64,000 nucleotides of DNA from a virus. The notes under the pieces were generated by a model. That model was given only the letters and a program-made list of their open reading frames with translations, did not search any database and was not told the origin of the DNA. Each line of letters begins with the position of its first letter. Position 1 is the first letter of the stretch. A program made the translations under genes and the position numbers. This document shows positions 40,083-50,168 of this stretch, piece by piece. The DNA lies in the IMG/VR virus record IMGVR_UViG_3300010430_000017, positions 18,545 to 82,544 of that record. The stretch is one strand, 5' to 3'.

Positions 40083-40276
40083 ATTATTCTCCTTTCTTGC
40101 ATGTAAATATTTTCAATATAGTTTCCCACATAAAATAGTCAGCAAATAGTGTTGCAAAATATACAGCAACAAAACTACCTCTGTACTTTGCCTCTATAAG
40201 TGCTAATAGGACAGTGAACACTGTACTCTCCTTTTCTATTTAATATTCTATTTAATGTTCAGTTGCCCGGGCCTAA

Positions 40277-40702
40277 CTATGCCTGTTTTTCGTGGCTTTC
40301 AGGCGTAGTCGAGAACCACCTAACCTGTCTTAAAGGAATGTGCCGGTTACTGCCATTTTTGAGCCGCATCCAAAGCAAGTCAGACCCAAACCGGACCTCA
40401 GAGCAATCAAAGGTTTCAAGGTATCCATCATTCCACCGGACATTAACAACGGGACCTTTGGTTTTTTGAGGGTCTGGACGAACAGTGTCAACTACCTCAT
40501 CCAGCATACGACATTGTTCGTGATGAAAAAATTTACCGTTATGCTTCGTTACATTGGTGCCGCCTGGGTTATTTTTAAAAAACTTAACAGCGTATGCCCC
40601 ATCCTTCTCTGATATGTCTATGATTTGACCCTTCACAGGTACGGCAAAAAGATATCTGTCATAGACTATTACTTCTGTACCAATAGAAACGGTTTGTACC
40701 AC
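40277..40702 (-). CDS. hypothetical protein (two SH3-like modules)
   Basis: ORF with GAGGGAG RBS. Confidence 0.55.
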   Translation of the reverse strand: MVQTVSIGTEVIVYDRYLFAVPVKGQIIDISEKDGAYAVKFFKNNPGGTNVTKHNGKFFHHEQCRMLDEVVDTVRPDPQKTKGPVVNVRWNDGYLETFDCSEVRFGSDLLWMRLKNGSNRHIPLRQVRWFSTTPESHEKQA

Positions 40703-41320
40703 AGCTCCCTCACTTTCTTAGTTCCCTGAAACAGGAAACAATATATATTATACAGTTGACTATCAATAAAGCCAAGAATCTTCTTTCCTGTACTTCGGAA
40801 GACAATCATAATTCCCCTCTCTCATTTTCTGCTTGATTTGATTCCTCCGTCTTTTTCTCTGAGCTTTCTTAAATCCAGAAGGGGCTGGTAAGTCCAAATG
40901 ATTAAAAAGCAGATTGAATTCTTTCTCGAACCATCTCTTCCTGTCTTTCCATGTTCCGCTCATAATTGTCCTCCTATAAATTTCTTTTAGCACCTCTTCT
41001 CGGGCCTTTTGTTACGACAACTTGTTTTTCACCTCCCCTGTAACGCTCAAGGCTTTTATATTCTTCCTCAGTCCAAGTTACTTGGAAAGATTTCTTTTTG
41101 TTAAGCTCAAGTTCAGCTTGTTCAAAGAAATAATCCATATAATCATGAGAACTTGATAATGTTGGTTTTATCGTATTAACCCCAGCAACGCTCATAATAT
41201 TCAATCCTTATCAATTCCTACAGTACTTTTACTATATCTAAGAGTGATATAGTCCGTTGGGTATACTAATGTACCAGTTAATACTAAATGGCTCTTAAAT
41301 AGGCTATTTTGTATTGTAAA

Positions 41321-41668
41321 TTAGACTCTCTTGTTCCAAGCTTCAATTGCTTCTTTCTTCGTCTTAAATGAGTATTGGATTTGTTCCCATACCATATCAA
41401 ACCCAAATCTTAAATCACAGCTGTTACAAACCACACACCACTTCTTATTACCACCCCACACATCAGCCGACCCACCACACATTGGACAAAACTTCAACCC
41501 ATTTTCATCATACTCCTCCTGGTATTCCTTAAACAACCAAGCATCAATCTCAGCCAATAATCTCTGTGACTTATGTGTAAGATTATAATGCGGAGGTCTG
41601 TCCATCAAAGGAGTAGATTGAGAGATTGTGTGCATTAATGCTTTTAGATATTCTTTATGTGTTTTCAT
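41321..41668 (-). CDS. protein with Lar (restriction alleviation)-like C-terminal domain
   Basis: LK.CPMCGG.A....V.C..C.....EAIEAWN.R. Confidence 0.7.
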   Translation of the reverse strand: MKTHKEYLKALMHTISQSTPLMDRPPHYNLTHKSQRLLAEIDAWLFKEYQEEYDENGLKFCPMCGGSADVWGGNKKWCVVCNSCDLRFGFDMVWEQIQYSFKTKKEAIEAWNKRV

Positions 41669-42086
41669 ACTTCTCCTTAAGCCTTTTAAGTTCAGCTAAT
41701 TCTTTCTCTTTTGTTTCGATCTTTCTTCTTTGTCTATCACATTTTTCCTGGTCCTGCAACCTTTTTGTTTCTTGTTTAACAAATTCTTTGAATTCTATTG
41801 TATCCTTTAATTTAAAAGCAATTGTATCTTTGATTTCCCAACACCCATGTATTGTAAGATATGGCTCATTTAATTTGTATTCTTTGTGATTAATATAATG
41901 TAATTCATTCTGAAGAACTTCATTATCCGAGTATGTATAGGTATCTTTGTAGATTTTTTCTATAAGTTCTTCTTTAGTTTTACCAAAAATGACAATACTC
42001 TCCCCTTCGCAATACTCAGGCTGAGGAATATCTCTTTCCCAGGAATCATATGAATCGTAATCTATGCTGTATTGCAGTAGGTACAT
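41655..42086 (-). CDS. hypothetical protein
   Basis: Ends ELAELKRLKEKYE, a common phage C-terminal motif. Confidence 0.6.
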   Translation of the reverse strand: MYLLQYSIDYDSYDSWERDIPQPEYCEGESIVIFGKTKEELIEKIYKDTYTYSDNEVLQNELHYINHKEYKLNEPYLTIHGCWEIKDTIAFKLKDTIEFKEFVKQETKRLQDQEKCDRQRRKIETKEKELAELKRLKEKYENT

Positions 42087-42255
42087 TATTCACCTCCAGT
42101 AAATAACCATTTAAAGAACCAATGCACAACCACCACTGGGGATATGACACAGATCATAATTGCCACAAAGACTGCAAACAGGCACATGAACCCAATGGAT
42201 GCTCCAACTAATAGCAATCTATCTGTGAATGTCTCTTTCTGTTGTTGGATATTCA

Positions 42256-42774
42256 TTATTTAACTTCCATCCAATATTCACAATCTTCTTTGTTTGCGAT
42301 ACCTTCGTCTAAGTGCATTGTACAAAATAACCCTGAATCAATACAGCAATCCAAATGTGGTCCATCTGCTTCATCATATTCAAGATGACATCCACAGCCA
42401 TCTTCGTACTTAGATGTATCCTGTTTAATAAACTTAACAGGGATACCATTCTCTTCAGCGAACTCAATTTCCTTTGCAATACCATAACTCCTATCCCAAC
42501 CAGGGAGCATGTACACCCACAGTTCATCACATCTTTTAATAATATCAAAGTCCAATCTCAACCAAAAATCATGACTAACTCTATTTTCTTCTGAAATGAA
42601 ATCAGCAATTGGGCAACTGTGTGTTAAAGGAGAGAATACGTTATAACCTTGTTGCATAATCTCCGCTGCTTTCTCTGTAACTTTTCTTGTTCTTGCTTTC
42701 ATTTCAGCAAGAGTTGGTGCTGTTCCATCTTCTTTATCCACTGAGTAGATGCTTGCTAAGTAGATGAGTTTCAT
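42256..42774 (-). CDS. nucleoside 2-deoxyribosyltransferase-fold protein (DUF1937-like)
   Basis: IYLAS.YS, FSP.THS, D..I..RCDELWV....W..S.G...EI.FA....IPV. Confidence 0.8.
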   Translation of the reverse strand: MKLIYLASIYSVDKEDGTAPTLAEMKARTRKVTEKAAEIMQQGYNVFSPLTHSCPIADFISEENRVSHDFWLRLDFDIIKRCDELWVYMLPGWDRSYGIAKEIEFAEENGIPVKFIKQDTSKYEDGCGCHLEYDEADGPHLDCCIDSGLFCTMHLDEGIANKEDCEYWMEVK

Positions 42775-42843
42775 GTGTTCTCCTATTATGTTGATTTGTA
42801 GTAATAATATATCATGTCTTTGGTTGTGTCAAGGTTTTTCTTT

Positions 42844-43074
42844 GGACGCAACTCATCTATGACCGTAGTGTCACCCCCTAAAGTGTGCTGTACGAGAACT
42901 TGCTTGTTCATGTTGGCTGTGGTGTTATTATTATCTTTATCAGTAAGAGTTATTTCCCCGGAATACTCCATCCTCCGTCCCAGTGCTTTTTGGAGGGTAC
43001 CACCAAACCCATCATACATAGTTTCCTATGCATGTACTGCCTGGCCTGATTCTTAACCTTGAGAACTTAGGCCA
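42844..43074 (-). ncRNA. candidate structured RNA
   Basis: GC-enriched tract with several hairpins, including CATGCATAG-GAAA-CTATGTATG and GGCCT..TTCT/AGAA..AGGCC. Confidence 0.4.
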
Positions 43075-43082
43075 AATTAAAA

Positions 43083-43205
43083 GGAAGTTGTGACATAATT
43101 ACTGTTTAATCTCGGGACATCCGCAACCAACAGAACCCGAACCCCCGGTCCAAGGAGGATAATAATAAAAAATAGTTTGTTGTTGGATCAAGAGGACAAC
43201 TCCCC
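43083..43205 (-). ncRNA. candidate rod-shaped small RNA
   Basis: 5' GGGAGTTGT pairs with 3' ACAACTTCC, followed by a U run; nested inner helices; promoter TTGACA(43245)-17-TAGAGT. Confidence 0.45.
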
Positions 43206-43380
43206 TTATTACTACTACTCTACACTAAAAAATACTACTTGTCAAGAACTTTATTACAAAAGATAAATAAAACTTCTTCTTTGAAAGAAGACAGCATTTA
43301 TACTACGTATTATTATTATAGTCAATAGAAAAATTAAAATAATTATTGATTTTATTTATATATTGTGGTATACTGTTTGC

Positions 43381-43938
43381 ATGAATAAAAAAAGAAAACA
43401 AGATTACCCCGAGTACGCACATTGGAGGGCGATGATTTATAGGTGCTATCCTTCGGATAATATCTCTACATCGTGTGAAAGAAAGGGGGTAGGTGTCTGT
43501 GACCGGTGGAGAGGGTGGGATGGGTTTTGGAATTTCTTAAAAGATCTTGGGGAGAAGCCATCAAAAAAATACAGGCTGAAAAGAAAAGACAAAAACAGTG
43601 ACTTTAGTAAGAGAAATTGCACTTGGAGTAAGAAAAAAACATACAAAGTAAAATCCAATGAGATCAAAACTAATGTTAAGACGCTCTTTTATAAGAACAA
43701 AGAGTACACTGTGAGAATGGTGTGCGAGAAATTTAATTTAAAAGCTTGTACTGTGTACTACAGAATAAAGGCAGGGTGGTTAGATAGCGATATAGTAGAA
43801 ACCCCAGTGAATGAGATACCAATTTCATTAAGGACAGAGGAGAACATGAAATATGGAAGATACTCCTATTTCTTAAAATTTGGTATCTATAAAAATAGTA
43901 AAAGTAACAATTTTGTAACTTTTACTCAAGATAATTGA
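43381..43938 (+). CDS. degenerate HNH-like endonuclease
   Basis: W.AM..RC, G.GVC.RW....NF..D.G.KP, R.D....F...NC.W; catalytic D/H appears eroded. Confidence 0.65.
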   Translation: MNKKRKQDYPEYAHWRAMIYRCYPSDNISTSCERKGVGVCDRWRGWDGFWNFLKDLGEKPSKKYRLKRKDKNSDFSKRNCTWSKKKTYKVKSNEIKTNVKTLFYKNKEYTVRMVCEKFNLKACTVYYRIKAGWLDSDIVETPVNEIPISLRTEENMKYGRYSYFLKFGIYKNSKSNNFVTFTQDN

Positions 43939-43970
43939 TTGCATACTGCTTTTTTAAAAATAGGAGAGAT

Positions 43971-44636
43971 ATGGAAGTTGATTACTCATTTTTAACACAA
44001 GAGCAATTAGAGGAATATGGCCTGGATGATGTGAATTTACCCTCAGTCCAGTTCCTTGATGACTATGGCTTAAACCATCATAATTATGGTGAAGATGTTC
44101 TGTCGGATATAGATTATGACTTAGCTCAGGAGAGGCTACTAGAGGGTAAAACGCTCCTATTTAATAGGTACGCTAAACAACTAACCGTAGATGATGATCC
44201 AATTAAAGGCAAGAATGGGATTCTTCTTGTTAAGTGTAAGTACTGTAATAAGCATTTTTATCCAACGAAACCGCAACTCACACAAAGAATTGCTTATCTG
44301 AATAATTTGGATTATGGCCAAAGACATTTGTATTGCTCGGACAACTGCAAAAGTGCATGTCCTTTGTTTGGTACTCTTAGTAAGAGAGATTATGAGTATT
44401 CCAAACAAGCAAGAGAGATAGCTTTAGAGATGGCTGATTATAAGTGTGAGATTTGCGGAACTACTGAAAGGTTACAGGTTCACCATATCAAACCTTTTAA
44501 GACTGATCCTGTCGAGGCTTATGATATAGATAATTTGGTTGTCCTTTGTTCTGGAGATGACGGGTGCCATATAAAGTACGGCCACTCAGACAGGAATTGT
44601 ACACTCAGTAATCTTAAGAGTTGCAAATCTCCATAA
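43971..44636 (+). CDS. HNH endonuclease (possibly packaging-associated)
   Basis: CKYC..YCS..C; CEICG...LQVHHI.P....NLVVLC...CH; located at the head of the late operon. Confidence 0.75.
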   Translation: MEVDYSFLTQEQLEEYGLDDVNLPSVQFLDDYGLNHHNYGEDVLSDIDYDLAQERLLEGKTLLFNRYAKQLTVDDDPIKGKNGILLVKCKYCNKHFYPTKPQLTQRIAYLNNLDYGQRHLYCSDNCKSACPLFGTLSKRDYEYSKQAREIALEMADYKCEICGTTERLQVHHIKPFKTDPVEAYDIDNLVVLCSGDDGCHIKYGHSDRNCTLSNLKSCKSP

Positions 44637-44861
44637 ATTTAAGGACAAAAATATAGAGTTACAAAAATGAAATATAAAGATTACAAAAACTTCACTCCCT
44701 GTAGATGCAAAGCATGTGATTCAATAATCGATGAGGATATCCATGACAGTTTATGTCTAAGATGCCTTGAGGAGATTTTTGATGTTGAACTAAATGAAGA
44801 TGATTATAGATTGCTTGAGGGTTTTGTTGAAGATTTTGTGTAAACTACTTAAGGGGATACT

Positions 44862-45161
44862 ATGAAGCTTCTTTTAGAAGACCAGACAACAAATACTACT
44901 GGTAATCAAGAGACATTAGTACTTGCTAATTCTTTGTTATTTGGCAAGTACATTACTGTGGTTGTTTACGGTACTTGGTATGGTGCTACTACCACTTTAG
45001 AATTTAGCCCGGATGGAGGCACAACCTGGATAACTGCTGGTGTTAACACAACCTTTACAGCGGACGGTGGTGGTAATTTTTGGTCCAACTATGGAATGAT
45101 GGTTAGATTCTCTGTTACGGGTGCTGGAGCAGGTACATCTCTCTCAGCAGGTGTAGTATAA
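44862..45161 (+). CDS. small beta-rich virion-type protein
   Basis: GTW.GAT.TLE.SPDGGTTW. Confidence 0.65.
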   Translation: MKLLLEDQTTNTTGNQETLVLANSLLFGKYITVVVYGTWYGATTTLEFSPDGGTTWITAGVNTTFTADGGGNFWSNYGMMVRFSVTGAGAGTSLSAGVV

Positions 45162-45316
45162 TGAGTGAGAGCGGAGAGATTGTACAAGTCATAACTTTCA
45201 AATTGGACCAAGAATTAACTTCTGATTTAAATGGCTCCGTTACTACAGTTGATGGTGACACTGTTACTTTTCAAGGAGATGACGTAACATTCGGTGGGGA
45301 GGATGTAGTATGGTAA
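45161..45316 (+). CDS. small acidic protein
   Basis: 51-aa ORF coupled to both neighbours (MSESGE...GEDVVW); below the ORF-track cutoff. Confidence 0.55.
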   Translation: MSESGEIVQVITFKLDQELTSDLNGSVTTVDGDTVTFQGDDVTFGGEDVVW

Positions 45317-47025
45317 GAAATATAATTATGAGTATGATGTTGGTGTTCTTATTATCAACTCCTTCGTTTGCTGTTGTTGAATTAGACGTAGACGCTAACG
45401 GTGCTATTGATGTGGACAAAGGTGGAACTAATGGTCAAACATCCGCTGCTGCAAGATCCAACTTAGGTGCTGCTGCTGCGAGTGATCTAACAACCCATAC
45501 CTCCGATACAGCTAACCCTCATTCAACGGATATTGGTAATCTTGGCACAGGGACTCTCTCAGAGATAAATTCCAAGATTACTGATGCTACCCTTGATGAT
45601 TCTTCTGATTCAAGACCTCCGAGTGGAACTGCTGGTGGAGATTTAGGAGGAACTTACCCCAACCCTACTGTGGATGATGGTGCTGATAGTACAGCTATTC
45701 ATGACAATACAGCAGGAGAGATTACTGCAATCACTGAGAAAGCATCCCCTGTTAGTGCTGATCTGATTATTATTGAGGATTCCGAAGCTGCTAATGCAAA
45801 AAAGAAAGTACAAATTGGTAACTTACCCGGAGGAAGTGTTAGTAGCCCCTTAACCACTAAAGGCGATGTCTGGGGTTATAATACCGATGATGCAAGAATC
45901 CCTGTTGGTGCTAACGGGACAGTATTAACAGCAGATAGTGCAGAAGCTCTTGGGGTTAAATGGACAACACCGGCTGGAGGAGGAGATATTACAAGTGTCC
46001 TTGATATTTCTTCCGGTGATGTTACGAAGTTGGTTCAATCATGGACAGCTTTTACTGCTGCTGATGCAACACCGGATGTCTCTACCGCAATGCATTGGAA
46101 AACAGCCGATACTACAACTATTACGGACTTTGATGGGACGCCTACTGATGGACAACAGTTGATTGTTTATTGTGGTCATGCAGGAACAATTGATCTAACA
46201 AGTAGCGGGATTGTTGCTTATAATAGATCAACTGATTGGACTATGACTGCCGGAGCGATTATTTATTTTATTTACCAAACGGATACTTGGTACGCTTTGA
46301 ATATTCCTGATGCGGTAGTTGAAATCTCAACTAATGGTTTTCTTACCAGGACAGGGGTTGGCACTGCTTCTGCAAGAACTTTTGTTGGTGGTGATAGTAT
46401 AACAATGACAAATGGTGATGGTGTATCTGGTAATCCCTCTGTTGCTGTTACTCTTGATGCAAGTGGGTTTGATGGGAATCTCACAACTTCTGATGACACT
46501 GTTCAAGAAGTTGCACAGAAATTTGATGATTTTAGTGCTGCTGGTGTTACCTATGCCACAAGTGCAGAAATCAATACCGGAACAGAGACAACAAAAGCAA
46601 TTAATCCTGATGCTCTTGTAGGGTCAAATGCATTCACAAAAGAAGTTGCTTGGACTATTTATGATTCCGATGTTGATACTGCTGTAGGAGACGGCAAGCA
46701 ATTTTTTGTTGTTCCTGCATCAATGGCTGGAAGTTATCCAATGAATTTAGTCAGTGTCATTGTAAGTGTAGAAACTGCTGGCACTACAGGAACAACTGAT
46801 ATACAGATTCGTAGGGTTAGAGGTGCGACTGCTGTAGATATGCTGTCCACTAAAGCCACTATTGATTCCGGTGAGCGAGATACAACTACTGCTGCTACGG
46901 CTTATGTAATTAATACTGCGAATGATGATTTAGCTACAGCAGATAGAATATTCATAGATGTTGATGCTATTTCAACTACTGCTGCAAAAGGTCTTTCTGT
47001 TACATTATCTTTCAGGAGGCCGTAA
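45310..47025 (+). CDS. fiber-like Thr/Asp/Gly-rich protein with N-terminal signal peptide
   Basis: MVRNIIMSMMLVFLLSTPSFA; V.KGGT, A.GDL.GTYPNP and LTTKGD fiber-type motifs. Confidence 0.7.
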   Translation: MVRNIIMSMMLVFLLSTPSFAVVELDVDANGAIDVDKGGTNGQTSAAARSNLGAAAASDLTTHTSDTANPHSTDIGNLGTGTLSEINSKITDATLDDSSDSRPPSGTAGGDLGGTYPNPTVDDGADSTAIHDNTAGEITAITEKASPVSADLIIIEDSEAANAKKKVQIGNLPGGSVSSPLTTKGDVWGYNTDDARIPVGANGTVLTADSAEALGVKWTTPAGGGDITSVLDISSGDVTKLVQSWTAFTAADATPDVSTAMHWKTADTTTITDFDGTPTDGQQLIVYCGHAGTIDLTSSGIVAYNRSTDWTMTAGAIIYFIYQTDTWYALNIPDAVVEISTNGFLTRTGVGTASARTFVGGDSITMTNGDGVSGNPSVAVTLDASGFDGNLTTSDDTVQEVAQKFDDFSAAGVTYATSAEINTGTETTKAINPDALVGSNAFTKEVAWTIYDSDVDTAVGDGKQFFVVPASMAGSYPMNLVSVIVSVETAGTTGTTDIQIRRVRGATAVDMLSTKATIDSGERDTTTAATAYVINTANDDLATADRIFIDVDAISTTAAKGLSVTLSFRRP

Positions 47026-47639
47026 TGAAGCAAATTATATATCAAATACTTGTTTGTTGTTTAATTTATACCCAATGTTTTGGTATAAGTTTAATTGGCA
47101 GTGGAATAACTCCTTCGGTGTCCTGTACATGTGAAGTGACAGTCTATGAATCCAGTACGGGGGGGACCTCCGGGGATACAATGAACAGATCATCCGCAGA
47201 GGCGTATGGTGGTATTTTTTATACCCCAACGGATAATATTGATCTTTGCCAATATAAATTTTATCCTAAAAGTGTGACCGGTGATGTTTCGGCTAAGACA
47301 TATAAGGCAACAGTGTATGCTTTATCTGGTACTACGTTAATAACATCATTAGGATCTTCAACTGGCTTGACAGGTAATAATTTATGGGATGCTACAACCC
47401 CGTTGATATTTGATTTTCCTTCAGTAGTGAATCTTGTTGGGTCAACACAATATGCGATAGTTATATGGGTTGACAATGGCGGTTCCCCAGCGTATGACTC
47501 AAGCAACTATTTGACTTTAGGTTATTCTGCAACTGGAGGCACTCCAACTAATATTTACGCTATTTGGAGAGAGGACAAGACTAAGGCGACATCTTCAACA
47601 GACAGGATCACGAAATGGGAGAGCTTTAAATGTCAATAA
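47025..47639 (+). CDS. beta-sandwich protein with signal peptide
   Basis: MKQIIYQILVCCLIYTQCFG; F.F...V.L...TQY.IV. Confidence 0.65.
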   Translation: MKQIIYQILVCCLIYTQCFGISLIGSGITPSVSCTCEVTVYESSTGGTSGDTMNRSSAEAYGGIFYTPTDNIDLCQYKFYPKSVTGDVSAKTYKATVYALSGTTLITSLGSSTGLTGNNLWDATTPLIFDFPSVVNLVGSTQYAIVIWVDNGGSPAYDSSNYLTLGYSATGGTPTNIYAIWREDKTKATSSTDRITKWESFKCQ

Positions 47640-49462
47640 TGAGAATGTTGTTTATTGTATTATTTTTAAGTCTTAGTTCTAATGTGTACTCTGCTCCACG
47701 TTTATTGTTTTCTGATCTCACGTCAGGTCCAGCTACCGGAAACGGCGCAACCGATATGGGCCAACCTGCTGGGGTCAATGGAGCTTTTGTAACTGTATGG
47801 GGATATGGCCTCGGAGCATCTCAGGGAACATCTACCATTACAATAAGTGGAGTGACATCACCTATCATTTACACATGGGGGAATTGTACAAGTATAGATA
47901 AAACAGGAGAAACATATAGTAATTTATATGACTCCCATAAAATGCAATGGGTGTGTTTTCAAATCCCATCAACGGCAAGTGGTTCAAGTGGTATCACAGT
48001 CACTGTTGATGGGGAGACATCAAACATTCTACCGTTTACAATCAGGACTGGGAATATTTATTTCGTTGATGGTTCTGCGGTTGGTGCTGGTACTGGGACA
48101 TATACAGACCCATGGCAATCTCCTGCAAGTTTAGTATCTGAAATATCGGATGAAGACGGTGCAACTTGTTATTTCCGTGAAGGTGTATATGCTAATACTG
48201 AATATGCAAATATAAAAGATTCCGATAAAGCCCTGTTTTATTCTGGCAGTGCAATGGCCGGCACTGCTGCTGCCCCTAATGCATTTTCATCATATCCGAA
48301 CGAAGTGGCAAGCCTCGAAGCGACATATGGAGATGATAAAGACGATGCAGGGTATTTCATGGCATGTTTCCGGGCATACCCATATTTTTCCTGGAAATAT
48401 TTTACAGTTTCGAAAATGAGGTTAGAGGCCAATACTATAATATCAAGGACATGGACAGGGTTTCGTTTTACGGGGAATTTGTGCATTGCAGGTACAGTCC
48501 ACAATTCAGGAACCGGGCACTTTTCTTGTGGTTGGAAAACAACTTCGGTACCTGACCAAATTAATGGGGTACAGTTATACGGGAACATTATAACCGGAGC
48601 AACTGTCGCAGATAAACAAGACCATGCAATTTATTTCGGATGCGCAAAAAATGTGGCTGCCGGGTGGAACTACGTATATGACAACAGCTTCGAAGAAGGA
48701 CCTATGTTCTCAACAAACGTTGAGGGTTCAAATGGGGTGGATTTTTGGCTCCCTGTGGAAAATCTACATATACACGATAATGTAATAGATATGTCCAATC
48801 ATCCATCGAGAGGTATTGGGTTTTTCGAGATGAGGTCTGGATCAACCGCTTATGTGTACAACAACATAATAATCGGGCCTACATTCCCGTCCAGTTCTGG
48901 CATAGCTGCCTACCAGTGCTCTGGTACAGTGGAGTGGTACAACAATACTTTTTATAATACTGGGTATTTCACAGGGGAAACTTTCAGTGCATACTCTATA
49001 TCTGTTCCGGGGGGTAATTATCAGCCTAATGCAAGTTTTAGAAACAACATTATCTACTCTTCTACTGATGCTAATTATTATGTTGGGACATCTGGTACAC
49101 TGGACGACTTCACTCTATCAAACAATTGTTATTACGGGATCGGTTCTTTTGCTGACAACAGTGACGGGGCCGCAACAGACGCAGACGTAAATTCGTATGA
49201 TGGTGATCCTCTTTTTACTCTTAATGGATCTGATTTCACCTTACAAACAAATTCACCACTTAACCCCTCAATCAATCCCGGTGTTGATCTAACAAGTGTA
49301 GTCGACATAGACTTTGTAGGGGCAGAGAGATCTATTCCAATGACAATAGGGGCATATGAATTTTCTGTCGGTGAGATACCTCAATCTTCCCCGACAAAAC
49401 AAATCTCAATTGGAAAACTAATAGACCTTGGTGGCGCAATAAAATTAAATCTTGGTGAATAG
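47630..49462 (+). CDS. IPT/TIG plus right-handed beta-helix (pectate-lyase-like) protein with signal peptide
   Basis: MRMLFIVLFLSLSSNVYS; VTVWG.GLG..QG.S...ITVTV.G..SN..PF; IYFV.....GT..DPW; YNNII/YNNTF/RNNII repeats; DP.F..DF.L...SP; IGAYE. Confidence 0.8.
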   Translation: MSIMRMLFIVLFLSLSSNVYSAPRLLFSDLTSGPATGNGATDMGQPAGVNGAFVTVWGYGLGASQGTSTITISGVTSPIIYTWGNCTSIDKTGETYSNLYDSHKMQWVCFQIPSTASGSSGITVTVDGETSNILPFTIRTGNIYFVDGSAVGAGTGTYTDPWQSPASLVSEISDEDGATCYFREGVYANTEYANIKDSDKALFYSGSAMAGTAAAPNAFSSYPNEVASLEATYGDDKDDAGYFMACFRAYPYFSWKYFTVSKMRLEANTIISRTWTGFRFTGNLCIAGTVHNSGTGHFSCGWKTTSVPDQINGVQLYGNIITGATVADKQDHAIYFGCAKNVAAGWNYVYDNSFEEGPMFSTNVEGSNGVDFWLPVENLHIHDNVIDMSNHPSRGIGFFEMRSGSTAYVYNNIIIGPTFPSSSGIAAYQCSGTVEWYNNTFYNTGYFTGETFSAYSISVPGGNYQPNASFRNNIIYSSTDANYYVGTSGTLDDFTLSNNCYYGIGSFADNSDGAATDADVNSYDGDPLFTLNGSDFTLQTNSPLNPSINPGVDLTSVVDIDFVGAERSIPMTIGAYEFSVGEIPQSSPTKQISIGKLIDLGGAIKLNLGE

Positions 49463-49475
49463 ACAAGGAGAATGT

Positions 49476-49826
49476 ATGGCAAGAGCTAAAGGTTCACAGA
49501 CCCCCGGATACAAAGCAGCTAAGAAAGTACAGGACTCGGAACCTAATTACATAGAGAAGATCCTGAAGTATTCTCCGAAAGCTATGGATATTCTTTTTTA
49601 TCATATTGATAATCCAAGTGAGAATATGAATCTTTCGTTTGGTGCTGCTAAGAAGGTACTTGAAGAACGGAATAGGCTATATAAAGAACTTAAGGATAAA
49701 CTTCCGAAGGATTATATTGTTGAGCCTTCTACTAAGAACAAGGAAATTAAAGGCACTAAGAAAGAAGATGGTAATAACTTGATTACCCTTGAGTACGTAC
49801 CTGACGATGAAGCTGCTGAAGGTTAG
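49476..49826 (+). CDS. terminase small subunit (putative)
   Basis: MARAKGS.. helical protein shortly upstream of TerL; AAGGAG RBS. Confidence 0.45.
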   Translation: MARAKGSQTPGYKAAKKVQDSEPNYIEKILKYSPKAMDILFYHIDNPSENMNLSFGAAKKVLEERNRLYKELKDKLPKDYIVEPSTKNKEIKGTKKEDGNNLITLEYVPDDEAAEG

Positions 49827-49829
49827 TTA

Positions 49830-50168
49830 ATGAAGTTTTCATATAAGAATTGTAAAAATCCTAAAACTTGCAGAGATTTTCTTGTTGTCTGTGAGAAATA
49901 TTCAGACGTATCAAAAGAAAGTATAGAGAGTATGGTTAATCCTGAGTATTTTTTCAAATGCCACAACAAAGAAGAAGTTGATGAAGTAAATATTTATGTT
50001 GTTTCTGAAAGAGATCTCCCGGATAGTATTATGGGGTGCAGATATTGTGGTGTAATCTTCAATGATGGCAAATATGATGGTTTTACTTTTAATTATGCTC
50101 AGTCAAGAGTAATTCATGACTGTTATAGTACTTATGCTATAGGTGATGGCGAGTACATGTTTAGTTAA
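49830..50168 (+). CDS. Cys-containing hypothetical protein
   Basis: 112-aa ORF. Confidence 0.55.
   Translation: MKFSYKNCKNPKTCRDFLVVCEKYSDVSKESIESMVNPEYFFKCHNKEEVDEVNIYVVSERDLPDSIMGCRYCGVIFNDGKYDGFTFNYAQSRVIHDCYSTYAIGDGEYMFS

Noticed and set aside
41231-41277. Group I intron (GATATAGTCC resembles the P7' element)
   Set aside because: It is one arm of a local palindrome (ACTATATC/GATATAGT), lies opposite to the coding strand, and no other core elements or split gene are present.
42786-43019. 77-aa ORF as a real gene
   Set aside because: Start is buried in a hairpin and the ORF runs through the next promoter; a structured RNA explains the region better, though the ORF is not excluded.
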